Part shown: positions 1-12,153 of the stretch, piece after piece
Layout: every line of letters begins with the position of its first letter
How positions within the stretch are numbered: the stretch's first letter is position 1
Assembly: GCF_036321535.1 (NCBI RefSeq)
Contig: NC_087437.1
Location: forward strand, 96,474,001-96,538,000
DNA: 64,000 nucleotides
Source: Camelus dromedarius
Lineage: Eukaryota
Reading direction: 5' to 3'
The notes under the pieces: generated by a model
What the model was told of the DNA's origin: nothing
The model's input: the letters and a program-made list of their open reading frames with translations, nothing else
Database searches by the model: none
Made by a program: the position numbers and the translations under genes

Positions 1-97
1 GATTAAACACTAATCACCTATGGAGCCTAAAAAGTTATGCTTAGGTATCACTCCTAAGTTGACTTATGTGAGCCTGGAGTATTTGTAAAAATTTCCC

Positions 98-790
98 TCC
101 AGCAGTCAAGCTCCTTGGTACTTACCCAAAGGAGCTGAAAGCTTGCGTCCAAACAAAAGCCTACACACAAATGTTTATAGCAGCTTTATTTATAATTGCC
201 AAAACTTAAAAGCCACCAAGATGTTCTTCAGTAGGTGAAGGGATAAATAAACTGTGGTAATCTAGATAGTGGATTATTTAATCTTAAAAAAAGAAATGAA
301 CTATCAAGTCATGAAAAGTCATGGCATTAACTTAAATGCATACTACTAAGTAAAAGAAGCCAAACTGAAAGGCAATGTACTGTAGGATTCCACCTATATG
401 ATATTCTGGAAAAGGCAAAACTATGAAGGCAGTAAAAAGATCAGTGGTTGCCAGAGGTTGGTGGTGGGGAAGAATAGGTGGAGCACAGGGGATTTTTAGG
501 GCAGTGAAAACACTAGCACTCTGTGCAATATTATAATGATGGATACCTCCCATTATACATTTGTCCAAACACAGAATGTATAGCAAGAGTAAACTATAAC
601 GTAAACTATGGACTCTGGATGATAACGATTGTCAGCGTAGGTTCGTCAGTTGTAACAAATGTACCACTCTGGTAGGGGATGTTGATTATGGGGGAGGCTT
701 TGCACGTGTAGGGGTAGGGAGTATATGGGAAATCTCTGTACCTTTCTCTTAATTTTGCTGTGAAACTATAACTGCTCTAAAATTAAATTA
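98..790 (+). mobile_element. Old L1 3' end (L1MC1/2-like), 5'-truncated
   Basis: Contains ORF2 C-terminal remnants (TACCCAAAGGAGCTGAAA, ATGTTTATAGCAGCTTTATT). The 3' UTR ends GGGAAATCTCTGTACCTTTC...TTTTGCTGTGAAACTATAACTGCTCTAAAATTAAA, typical of L1MC. Confidence 0.85.
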
Positions 791-820
791 CTAAATATAT
801 ATCACATACTTCTATACACA

Positions 821-874
821 TATCTCTATCTCTATCTATCTATGTATCTATCTATCTATCTATCTATCTATCTA
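821..874. repeat. (TATC)n tetranucleotide microsatellite at the L1 tail
   Basis: Directly visible TATC/CTAT run. Confidence 0.95.
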
Positions 875-1473
875 CACATCCCTAGGTGATTGTCATCTGT
901 CCCTTAAGTTGAAAACTCACTACAGCGTAAGTCTAGCTCAGATCCACCTTTGGTGGCTAGGAAACCAGAAGAGTGGGAGGTTTATCTAATGACTGTTTAA
1001 GAACCATATTGATATTTTTATATATTTTCTAGCTTTGTAGTAACTTAAGATTGAAAGAAAGAAAAAAAAAACAGCTTTCAGTTTCTCCAATGGCCATTGA
1101 TCTAAAAAATTACTCCTGTTCATTTAAAGGTACAGACAGGCCAATATGCAAAAAGAAAGAAAAAAAAACAAAAAAGAGCAGTCAACCCTGTTCACGCTTT
1201 TCCCTGGAAAAGCATGTGCTGGCGACATGTCTGTGGAAGGATTTGAATGGTGGCCCATTATTATTCAGCAAAGACCGAAACCTGCCCCATTGCCTACAGA
1301 CCCTGTGTGGGCTGCTGCTTCTTCCCTAGCTCTCCAGTCTCCTGTTGCACAGGCCTCTCCTCAGCTCCCCACTCTCAGCAGCCACCCAATAGGACCCAAT
1401 CTTTCAGCCTTATTAAGATTTTGCCAAGCTTCATCTTACTACAGGCCTTCTCCATCTGCCTAGAATGTTTCCC

Positions 1474-1667
1474 CAGTGGTTCTCAAACTTTGCTGTGCAT
1501 TAGAATTACCTTGGGGCATCCTAAAATTCTCGATGCCAAGGTCCTACACCGAACAATCAAATAAGATTTTCTAGAGACGAGACCCAGGCATCAGTAATTT
1601 AAAACATTTTTTTTTTTTTTAAATCCCTCAAGTGCTCATGATATGCAGAAAAGTGTGTGGCCCAGTG
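1474..1667 (+). mobile_element. MER5-like hAT-Charlie MITE inserted in an L2 remnant
   Basis: Starts CAGTGGTTCTCAAACTTTG, contains AGAATTACCTTGGGG and CCCAGGCATCAGTA, and ends CCCAGTG. The flanks at about 1440-1470 and 1670-1930 are L2-like. Confidence 0.8.
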
Positions 1668-2259
1668 TTCTTAAGTCCTCAGCTCATCTGCTTAACCTCA
1701 AATTTGACTTCAGGTCTCTGCTAATTTTCACTTCCTAAGGAAAACTTCTACAATTCACAATCTGGCCAAATACCTCAATATACAGTTTCACAACATCAAG
1801 TACCTTCTTTCATATCACAGTGTTAGCTGGGGCTATAGTCTCTGTTCCAAACTCAACACTAGACCGTACAATCTATGCAGCCAGTGACTATATCTGACAT
1901 TGTTAACAAGACTGTCCCCAGTCCTACAACAACGGGAAAAAAAAAAAAACAACAACTAAAAATTCGCCCATGTCTTAAATTCATAACATGCAAAGATTTA
2001 ATAAAATAGCTGGGCATCACAGAGGTCCATAATGGTGCTATAAATATATTAAAAACTTGCTTCTAATTTTTAGTGAAGCCTGACTAGACCTTATTTTACT
2101 GGTAAAATGATATTCTCTGTGATAATTTAATACAGTGTTATTACACTTTTCAGTTCTGGACCCAAGGTATAATCATTTGTATGCACAGACTTAAATCATC
2201 TCTAGTCTCCTTTATTTTTTCCCCAGTACAAATGAATGCAACCCACTAATTGTAGATCT

Positions 2260-2640
2260 GCTGTAACACATTCTGTTAATGCAGTTGTTCAGGAAAAGTG
2301 TGATTACATTTCTGTTTGGGTGTATTTTGTAAAAAATCTGCCACACTGAAAATTTCCTCAGCTGTTGGTTCACAGAGGGTGTCAGACCTGTGGGCTGTCA
2401 CATGGTCAAATAAGGAAAACAGCACATCAGGCATGTTAATTAGTATTGCATAAGCACAGCCATAATGAAGTCTAATTGCTTTGCAGTGGCAGTTACCGGA
2501 AGACCCAAAACCTATCCTAGTGTTCCTCTTGTGGAAAAAAAAAAAACAGAAAAATAAGAAAAAAATTTTTTTCCAAAACCTTAATACACCTTTAACGGTG
2601 CAGGCATGCAAATACCCTGCTGAGATGTTTGCCACTTGAA
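2260..2640. promoter_or_regulatory. Putative conserved non-coding element or enhancer
   Basis: Repeat-free, high-complexity block with TALE (CTGTCA), homeobox (TTAATTAG, CTAATTG), octamer-like (ATTGCAT) and ETS (ACCGGAAG, 2495-2502) motifs. Conservation not tested. Confidence 0.4.
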
Positions 2641-3152
2641 TGTTTTTGCTTTATGCTAATATCTCTCTACATTTAAACTTTCCTATCCATTACCATAATC
2701 TTTTCCACACACACATTTTTAATAACAATTGTTCATCTGATTTTTGTCATCTAAACTAGCTCCCACAATTTCTAAAAACAATTTCATGCTCGGTCAGTTT
2801 TTCAGTCTGCATTTGATCTCAGCGTAAAAAAGAGAAAGAACAAAATTCATCACTACACACATAAAGTACCCTGTTCTTCAATAAACCCAAGAACTAAATG
2901 GGAAACCTAACAGTTTTTCATGAACCTAAATTACTGTACACCAAGGTATCCAGTTTTAAATCAAGTTTGAAATGATTCAATGAGGATCTAATAGCCAAAT
3001 GCCAATTTTATACATAATATTGTCAGTGATCCTAAAGGAAAAAATAATAATAAAGACTGTATGTGGTTATTTGACCAGTTTCATTCATACTTATGCTAAT
3101 TTAATTCAAAGTTTTCAAGGAACAATGACTGTCAATTAAGTTAAATTATACT

Positions 3153-3187
3153 CTAGGGAGAAGCTTTCTGAACATGTGGATTACAAT
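3153..3187 (-). CDS. Candidate terminal coding exon of an unidentified gene (NCNPHVQKASP*)
   Basis: Very strong minus-strand acceptor (tcttgtttttttctctttcgcag, ending at 3188). Phase is compatible with the donor after 7108. TAG at 3155-3153, and ATTAAA on the minus strand at 3105-3100. Confidence 0.3.
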
Positions 3188-4489
3188 CTGCGAAAGAGAA
3201 AAAAACAAGACATCAAAGCACTTCGCTGATCTGAACAAGTCATTTTGTAGAATGGCATCCTAAGGAATTTTGATAGCAGAACCTATGAGTGGCTCCTCTC
3301 ATATATCTAAAGTCCTCTAAAAATCTATCTCCCACATATCTAGCTATTTGCTGAACGTTTCCTTTAAGTTTTATTCTTGCAGAATGAACAATTTGGATCC
3401 TGAAAGTCTTATAGACGTGAGAGCAATAATATTACTTCAAGATTCGAGGAAGGAAAATACATTTGAAAGCATTTGGGAATGGTGGGTTTCAAAACTAACT
3501 TCAGCTCTTTTATATTTTCAACCTAAAGGAAATGTATCACAAAAGCAATGTTAAATTAAAGAAATACGGGATTACCGGTTTTAAGGGATAAAAATAATTC
3601 CTGCAGCTGGATTCAGAAATCTATTAAAAGGTAATGTTAAAACAACGACTGCCAATTTGGAAAGCATGTTGAAATTCCACTTCATAAGGTTGTTGTTTTG
3701 TTTTTGTGAGAGTATAAACCTCTAAAGAGAGCATGTATCCATAGAGGAGATTATGGGTATTCATGTGGACAAGAATGTGTGCTAGTGTGCGTACAGCATC
3801 TTACTTAACAAATTCTCCTGGGTTTATTTCAGGAGTAGAAAGGATTATATGATGAATCAATTCCATAAAACAATGGCTTATGAACTCCAAATGTACTGCT
3901 TTTGCACTCTGTCTAATAAGCAGAGAGATTTGTCAAAAGAGCCCTCCTTTCTAAGGAACCCAAATGGACAGCATCCTCTATTTTTAATCTGTTTAGAATT
4001 CCAAACTGTCTTTCACTTCTATAAAGAAATCAAGAGTTAAGCCATTTGCACTTATATCTTAGCAGCATATTACTCAACATCTGGTAAGGTCCAAAGTTCT
4101 GAACTATAATTTAAACAAACTCATGGCTAGAATGCAACAAATAAATAAGAAAAAATTGGGAATGCCTCACATATTTTTCAGAGTAGACTTCAATAACAAT
4201 AAACTAAATATTTACTCAATACACTTATGTGAAAGATAAGGGAAAACCACAGAGACAAAATGGAAAAACAGTTTTCAGCATAGTTCAATACATAAACTTT
4301 TTTTTAAATCCTTCTCTAAGTTACAAAAATGATTATCAGAATAGTCTATGCAGAAGATGTCAAGAAGGCAATTTTATGGCATTTGCAAAGTTATTCAGGT
4401 AAAAAAGAAGCATTGCCATAGTTTCATATTTCTATGCTTCTATAACTTCTTTGGGTATTTTTATTTTATTTTATTTACCAATATGGAAG

Positions 4490-4790
4490 ATCTTCAAGAT
4501 ATGTGATTCAGTTCATGAAACATGGTATAAGCTAGTGTCTTCAGCAAGCTACCATTTTTGAAAAACACAAAGCCAAATGAATAGGCATAGATTATTCACA
4601 GATATTAATAGAAGTCTGTACAAGAAAAGCTGCAACATTTGTTACTTCTGAGAAAGGAATGGGATGCTTTCTGGTTAGGGTGAGAAAGAGACTTAATTTT
4701 CCTTTAATAGCTTTTATACTTTTTGGTTTTGCACTAGTAGAGTGTTATCTTTTTAAGAATAAGTAAAATTTAATTTAAAATATATTTGAT
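4490..4790 (+). mobile_element. Very old L1 (L1ME-like) 3' remnant
   Basis: Degenerate L1ME-type 3' UTR motifs (GTTACTTCTGAGAAAGGAATGGG...AGAGACTTAATTTTC). Confidence 0.45.
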
Positions 4791-5339
4791 TTCCACAATA
4801 AAACCAGCCTCAATTTAAGATCTTTTTTGTCTTATCTTCATGGAACATGCTTGTATTTTGGGAAAATCAGTGATGTGTATACAAAAACATAAAATTTGAA
4901 CAAAAGTTTAGAAAATAGTAACATGAGTGTATGGTATGGAGCGAAAGTGATCTATGAGCCCCATGAAGGTCATAAGTAATGACTTATATAGTTAAGAAAA
5001 GGCTTCAGGTAAAACTGGATATTGTAGGATTTATATAGAGAGAAAAATAAAAGGGCAATTCTGTCAAAAATCATGTATTTGAAGTAACACATGGAGACAA
5101 GGTTGGCCAAAACAGAGTCCCACTGATTACACAGATGTGTCTGTGTAAGTGTGTACTTTCGTGTTGGACTGTATGTGGCTGTGGATAGAAATGTGGGTGT
5201 GAGTGTGTAAGTGCTGGAATGAGGTGAATACATCAGATGGCAGAAGACGTTCTTTTTTATGATTCCGAAAGCAGTACAAGTGGATTTACTTATTTGGTTT
5301 TCTTTCCTTTACCCTCCTTCCTTCTTCCGTTCTTTTATT

Positions 5340-5660
5340 TTTCTTGTAACTATTTTTAAACTCAAGTATAAATACACCTGCAATGAAGTGCACAAATCAT
5401 AATTGCTGAGGTCAATGAAGATTATAAAGTGAACATATTCATGTAACTTCTACCTATAGGTAGATGAAGATCTATAGTATCACTAGCCTCCCATCCCACA
5501 CCCGACATACTCCTAAAGGGCAACTGATATTCTTTTCTACCACCAAAGATTAGTTTTTCTAGCTGGGGAACTTTAAATAACGAGGATCATATCATACGCG
5601 TTTTTCTGGGTCTGGCTTCTTTCCCTCACTACAAGTTTCATCTGTGTTGATGCATGTGCG
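5340..5660 (-). mobile_element. Old L1M 3' end, antisense
   Basis: AAGTGCACAAATCATAA, AAAGTGAACATATTCATGTAAC and GGTCTGGCTTCTTTCCCTCA match antisense L1MB/ME 3' UTR motifs. Confidence 0.7.
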
Positions 5661-5819
5661 AACCTTGACACAAAAGGGATAATCTTGAACTCTTTCAGCT
5701 AAGTAATTACACATATTCACTACCCCAAAGTGCAAAGCATGTAAGCAAGATAAGCTTAATTAGGCATTAAAACGTTTGATCTGTATTGCATCTTACACTG
5801 CTACATATTTCTTATTTCA

Positions 5820-6328
5820 TTTGTGCTTTATAATCATCTAATACTCTATTAGAAGATATGCTATGATTATCATATTATTACTATTACTATTATTTTACAG
5901 ATGAAGACATGTGGATTACAGCCTGCATTACCTACTGAAGTGTATTATTTAAACTGCAAGTAAAGAGTTAATTGTCATTGACACTCAGAGCTTCCACCTT
6001 CAAAGTCCATAATCATAACACAAAACCACATTATCTCCATTATTATTTAAATGAGAAAATGGAAACACAACAAGAATATATTTTTAGACGTATTTCTCAG
6101 CGTCCATGAACTAGCATTATTCCTTAGAAAATGTGATGCTGACGCTGCCACTATGTGGCGTGTCTGCTATAACCACTGTGGGTCAGGACTTTTCCTAAGA
6201 GTTTGTATTATCCCATTTAATCATCATAAAAACCGTATGAAATAAGTACCATCATTATCCCTATTTTACAGGTGAGGAAACTAAAGACAGGTTAAGAAAA
6301 TGTGCCTCAGGTCACACAGTAAGCTAGT
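5820..6328 (-). mobile_element. Two MIR SINE fragments (about 5820-6030 and 6175-6328)
   Basis: MIR core in antisense: ATTTTACAGATGAAGAC and ATTTTACAGGTGAGGAAACT...AGGTCACACAG. Confidence 0.75.
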
Positions 6329-6332
6329 ATAT

Positions 6333-6560
6333 CTGGGTTGGTAAACTTCTCCCAATCTAGTAAAGAGCTAGACTGTAAATATTTTAGACTTTGTGGGTCA
6401 TATGGTCTCTTGTCATGACTACTCTGCTCTACTGTCACAGAACAAAAGTAGCCATAGACAGTAAGTAAGTTAATGGGCATGGCTGTCTTACAATATGACC
6501 TTATTTCCAAAAATGGGCACTGGATCAGATTCAGTCTACTAACTGTAGTTTGCTGACTCT
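6333..6560 (+). mobile_element. MER58A hAT-Charlie MITE
   Basis: Collinear with the MER58A consensus (GGTTGGTAAACTT...GTAAATATTTTAGACTTTGTGGG...AGCCATAGACA...GTAGTTTGCTGAC). Flanked by the 8-bp direct repeat TAGTATAT at 6325-6332 and 6561-6568. Confidence 0.88.
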
Positions 6561-7107
6561 TAGTATATCAGTGTTCACAGAATGCTTGGAAATACCATAA
6601 CACAAATTCTATGTAAAACTTAACTCATGGGTGAAGCTGTAGAAACACTGCAAGAGATACAAATTAAAATATATTGCAAAAGCATAATATAACTGAACCT
6701 AGAAGCGTAAGTTTGCTCAATTCCATATTAACTAGTGATTCCAAAGTGGGTAACTTGGGCTTTTCAGTGCAAATGGAGAGCTCAAGCCAGAATCAAATGA
6801 CAAGTGAAAATGAGTTTCCTCAACAAAAAGTTAACCTTAACCTTTTCTCACTTACTTGAAAATCTTCATTCAAGGGCTTGAATAATCAGAGTTGTGAAAA
6901 TGCTACATTGGGCAAAAGCTGAGTTTCATTGATCTAGGAGTTAGTGAAGGAAACCAGTCAGGTAAGTTCAATAGTCCCAAATGAATACAGCAAAATCAAA
7001 ACACATGAACATACTGTCATCCATAAATTTAAATAGGTAACTTTTATCATTTTTAAAGAGTGGTTAATGTATGTATTTTTAATTTAGAGATAAAAATGTG
7101 CTCTTAC

Positions 7108-7342
7108 TCATATTTTTTGAAGTTCCAATAATGAAAGCTATGTCATCTTTGTGAATTGTATGCTTTGCTTGTCCTTGTCTTAGAATCGAGCTTATTTTTA
7201 AAACAAACATTCTGAAAATCTTTGATACTGCATTCAGCAATCCATCTGCTCCAATGTAAATTCTTTCAAGTGCAGGTGGCCTGTAACGTTGTGTGAGAGC
7301 AATTAATGAAGTTTTGAATCTCTTTTGCTGTTTCACGCTCGG
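7108..7342 (-). CDS. Candidate coding exon of an unidentified gene (PSVKQQKRFKTSLIALTQRYRPPALERIYIGADG...GTSKNM)
   Basis: Acceptor cccctttttaccattcag at 7343, then 235 nt open in frame 0 in AT-rich DNA, retained CpGs, and donor A|gtaaga at 7107. It could instead be a terminal exon, given ATTAAA near 7080. Confidence 0.45.
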
Positions 7343-10300
7343 CTGAATGGTAAAAAGGGGTTATCATCTTTAATTCTCCAGCTTCACAGTATACACAGTT
7401 AGATATTTTCATGCATTTTCATTTCCCTTTTAGATACATATATTATACATGTTTTTCTGGTTGTTCTAGATACAGACCAAATAAACTCACCAATGATTTG
7501 CAGAATGGATGAAAATAATAATATCTAGTAAAGATTAAATTAATAATGCTTAAAAAAAGTTTAAAGGAAATATTTCAACCTGCCAGAATTGTCATTTAGA
7601 TTCTGTTTACAAAAGCAACTAAAAAAATCAGAAAGCTTTTTACCCTAATGTCAGTTGCTTAATGAAAAAGTCCAAATATTTAAATATTTATTATGTTTCA
7701 TTTCATATGTAAAGACTTTTCTTCATATGCTAGTAAATCATTCATTCTAGTTAAATAGTGATTTAATAGCTGATTTATAAATTATTTAATTAGACCCCCA
7801 ATTTTTCTGATTATCATATTGTGCTCTTAGCCTAATGATAACTCATCAAATTATGCTTATAATAAAATGCATGAGTTTATGACCTTATCTGTATAGATAT
7901 TCTTATAGTGCTTGGCTAAATGCACCAAAAATTTATTTATCTAACAGTGGACTTACATTTTTATAAGGCATGAATGGTTGTAGATAGCTTTGTGAATACC
8001 ACATTTGTTTCTTTTTAAATTTAATACAAAGTTTATGTTTCTAATACTGGGAAAATCATTAAGATATATTTTCTATTTATAATAATAATTGTGAAAACAT
8101 GGCATATATTAAAGACCAAAGAGTAAAGCCTCTGAAGGAAGCAGCCCAGGGAACAAGTCTTGTCATTCTGGTCATTAAGTCAAATTTCATCTATAATGTC
8201 AGTTAGTTGTCATTAAACATTCATATTGTAGTCTATACATCTTTATAAATTATATAAAATAATTATGTTTTCATGTTTTAATTGTTATTTAATAAATAAA
8301 GTCAGTCATAAAATGAGGGAGAAAAAAACAGTAGACATATAAAACTCCAATAGTTGACTCTAAGAGCTCGCAGTATACATGCACTTTTAAGAATATCTCT
8401 AGTACTTTTTTTAAAATTATAGTTAATGCAAATAGAGACTTAGAGGAGTTACTCTCTAACTAGAGACTTGCTAAACTGAAGTCAGAAAAATTTTGTACTA
8501 AAAACTGTCTATAAGAAAAACTTTTGCCCTTTTGTTTTTGTGAAATATTTTTTTTTAAAGCCAGGATTTAACAGAAGAAAGAAAGATTGAAATTTTCTCA
8601 GGAAATAAACCTAAGGGGCAAATATGGTGTGGACAATTCAAGGAAAAGAGTGCAGATTTGGGATTCATCCACTGTCAGTTAAGGTCATGCTCATAAGGAA
8701 AATGAACAACTGCAGGCATATTCAGCTAAGGATGAATACGCAACCACTGAATGGCTGCTTTTTCGAGTAGGTTACATGGGAAAGCATAAGCACAGCCCAT
8801 GATGCCCTGCCTAACCTGACACCTGAAAATACAGATAGCTTTATATTTCATTTGATCTCTCCGGAGATATTTATAACTTCATGTCACTGCATGCTCTCAT
8901 CCCTATGTTCGTGTTCTGTTTAGGTGTCCCTTGCCTAGTCCTTGGAGCTAATGTTAGGCTCCCCTTCATTTTGATTCTTAGTAACTTAGCTTTTCCAATA
9001 TAGATTTTGATTGGTTTTTATGTCATCAGAAGAGTGTCTGGTACTAGATAGACAAACCAAAAAAGAAAAAAAGTCACAACAAACAAAGAAAATGAAAGAA
9101 TTCAAAATACATGCAATCATATTGTTGGCAGGGATTTCATGAGACTGCTTAAAATTATCTTATTTTCTAGTGTAGGGTTATAATCAGACTAGTGTGGGGA
9201 AAAGCATTTCACTTATTTCATAGTTCTTTAAGTCTGATCATTCTTTTTGATTATAAGAGGATAATGAAGAACTTATAAATTAAGAGTTCATTAGAAAGAG
9301 GTACCCATACTTTCAATAAGCCAAGTCAAGCCAAATCTGTACTTAGCTTCCTTATTGGATTTTACTGGGTTAACCAAACCAATAGAAAACATGATTTTTC
9401 TTCTCTAGTTGGCAAGACAAAGCATTCACATATTTATCAACTATAGATTTAAGTTAGCTATAACTAGTTATATACCCAATTTGTTGGAAATGTAATAAAC
9501 AAATCATAAATATCATATGAATTCAGCAACAGAAAATATAATTGTTGCCTAAGCAAGTTGGATAAGATTTTTATGGCAGAAGGTGTGTTTGTCCAAATAT
9601 TTGAGTGGTAATGGAGAAAAGTTTGATGATCATGCATTTACGGAAAACAAAGAAACAGTATAGAAACCAGATAAGAATGGAACATCTCAGGAGCAGTAAG
9701 CAAGAGAGATACTTTGTACCTCTCTTGATATTAAAGAACAATCCTCAATGCTTAAAGATTTGAGATCATATCTAATAGTTAATCAAGAATCAATACAGTT
9801 CCTTAAATAGAGGACAGTCATAACCTACATACAATAATACTTAAGAAAAAACACTTTACACTGAAGCAAATATATAGGATAATTCTTTTAAAAAAGTAAT
9901 CACAGGGTAGTCTTTCACTCTACATGAGTAATTGAATGTCTCTGTGAGTATGACACAAACATCCAAACAACCTCCAAAAGCACAATTTAACACATAAAAC
10001 AAATTAAGCCCTAACCATAACATTCTAATGTGTACCATATACTTCACAGGAAAAGACAGATACCGATACAGTTTTTTCTTAACGTTGTTATTTTCATCCA
10101 CATTGAAGTCATAATAAATAGAAAGTACTTAATTTTGTATTTTTAATGTTTAAGAAAATATTACACCAAAAAGAGAAGTAAAGAAAACTCCAAATGTCAG
10201 TATGTGTATTCATTACGCCTTAATTATGTTAGTTGTTTAACTGAAAAAAAAGAGAAAAAAATGGCCAAATCTGGACTGGTCCACTAAGGTTTCAACTATT

Positions 10301-11802
10301 TGTATGTTAAAAAATGCATATGCATGAATCTGAAATAATCATTATGAACACACCCCACAAGTTAAGCAGAATTTTCTACTATGCATATTCAAAATGTCTT
10401 TTTCAAATGCTAATTTGTTAATTACAAACTTTTTCTCCAGCTTAACTAAACTCATAGACCTCACTGCAATCATTTGCATAATGTTTCCTATATAAGCAAT
10501 GCGATCATTAAGTGACAGAAAATTTTCAAACGAAAAAGTACACTTTATTAAACCCTAAAGAATTATGTTTGTTATTGAGGGCAATTATATTCAGAAAATA
10601 TATAAGTTTCTGAAAATTTAAGCATTTAAAAATAAGTGGAGCCTTCTACTTATTTTATATTGTGGCAAATTATGTGTGTAAGATGCTTTCAGTTTTCATA
10701 GAGCACTATTTAATTATCTTTCACACATTTCACACCAACAAATAATCAGGAGCATCACTAATAAAATATTGGGGTCTGGAGTCTTGGGAATAAGGTTAGG
10801 GTCTCTGAACTTTGGTCTCCTCCTCAGTAAAGTAAAACTGCTGTGATGGTGATGATGATTTGGGAAACAGTTAGCTAATGCCAGCTGTTATCATGATTAT
10901 GATAATAACAGTTGTAATTTCAAAAAAGCCAACTCTGTAGTTCAGAGTTTGAGTTTAAGTTGTATTTCTTGTTTGTCTTTTTTTGTACGAGTGGCTCTAC
11001 TGCTTTTGTACAGATTGCTAATATCCCCACAACCGGAGGGTAGAAAGACACCCCAAAACGGCAAAACACCAATTAGTCATAATCCCTCACAACCATCAAT
11101 AAAATCAATTATTAAAACCAGTTTTAAAAATATAGTTTAGATATTATTTTACTTATCTATAAGATAGGGTCAATATAAGCATCTGCTCTATAGGTTTGTT
11201 AAAATTAGAAAATCTGTATAAAGTGTATAGCACTGGACCTGGCTTCTCGTATACACTTAATATACATAAAAATAATTAATAAATTCCAATCATTCATGTA
11301 TCCACAATCTTGTATAAATTATCCTAATTTGCAAAATTAGTGTTTTTGTTTTTACATTATATTTATTTCCTGGTAAAACTTATCCCTTGGTCTAGGAAAT
11401 AATCCCTAAACGCTCATCTATTTACACAGGTTTGGAGAGATATCAGTTACAGTGGTATTAGGAAAGCTAGAGTTGGACCTAGGATATTCATACCATTAAC
11501 ATAGTGGGAATAATTCTACAGGAGCTACTGTAGTTGATAACGACAGACAACCTCAATCTGTTAGCATGGCCTTTTCCATAGGTTTACATGCCTTTCACTC
11601 ATGGAACAAATATTAACTCTAAGTATGTCAATTATAAGAATCAAAATCTAAACTCTTCATTTAGAGGGAAAGAGGCCAATTTATTCTCATCTCTTCCCAT
11701 CCTCCATATTCTTCCTGAAACAGGCAAAGAAAACTGCATTCCTCTGAATGATGTATTATTGAAGCTTTTCCAGGTAGAGGTCAGGAGAGGTAATACAGAA
11801 TA

Positions 11803-11870
11803 GCAAAAAAAAAAACCAAAAAACAAAAAACAAAAAAACAAAAAACCAGAAAAAACAACAACAAAAAAAC
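11803..11870. repeat. A-rich low-complexity tract (CAAAAAA-like units)
   Basis: Directly visible. Confidence 0.9.
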
Positions 11871-11914
11871 TCTATGCACGAGAATGTCTTAACTATAGGT
11901 GATATTCTTATACT

Positions 11915-12153
11915 GACAGATCATTCTGAACAAGGTTGGGGGAGCAATATCAACCCCAAGGAGGCAAACAGATTCTCACTGCAGGGAGGAGTGCAAATAT
12001 GCTTTATATATATGAAAGCATAGGTATACGTAATGTACACAAACAAATATACAGTTTATCTGTACTATTAAAATTTCATAGGGATAGCAACGAGGAAAAA
12101 AATGTTGAAAAAACTCCCATAAAAGACAGTTATGAAAAAACGTGAGAAATGCT
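11915..12153. mobile_element. Old hAT-Charlie MITE (MER112/MER113-like)
   Basis: TCTGTACTATTAAAATTTCAT...GGAAAAAAATGTTGAAAAAACTCC...GAAAAAACGTGAGAAATGCTG resembles a Charlie-type terminus. Confidence 0.5.

Larger units (their letters stand above)
1..922. mobile_element. MER5-like hAT-Charlie MITE split by an L1 insertion (halves about 1-97 and 879-922)
   Basis: TAATCACCTATGGAGCC at 11 and CCCTAGGTGATTGTC...GTTGAAAACTCACT at 880-919 resemble consecutive parts of the MER5 consensus, on either side of the L1MC fragment. Confidence 0.5.

Noticed and set aside
1051..1564. Three overlapping plus-strand ORFs of 92-105 aa
   Set aside because: They span A-tracts and L2/MER5 remnants, and show no recognisable protein signature or splice structure.
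9459..9472. 14-bp palindrome TATAACTAGTTATA, and a 12-bp one near 30957
   Set aside because: Short AT-rich palindromes are expected by chance in 64 kb.
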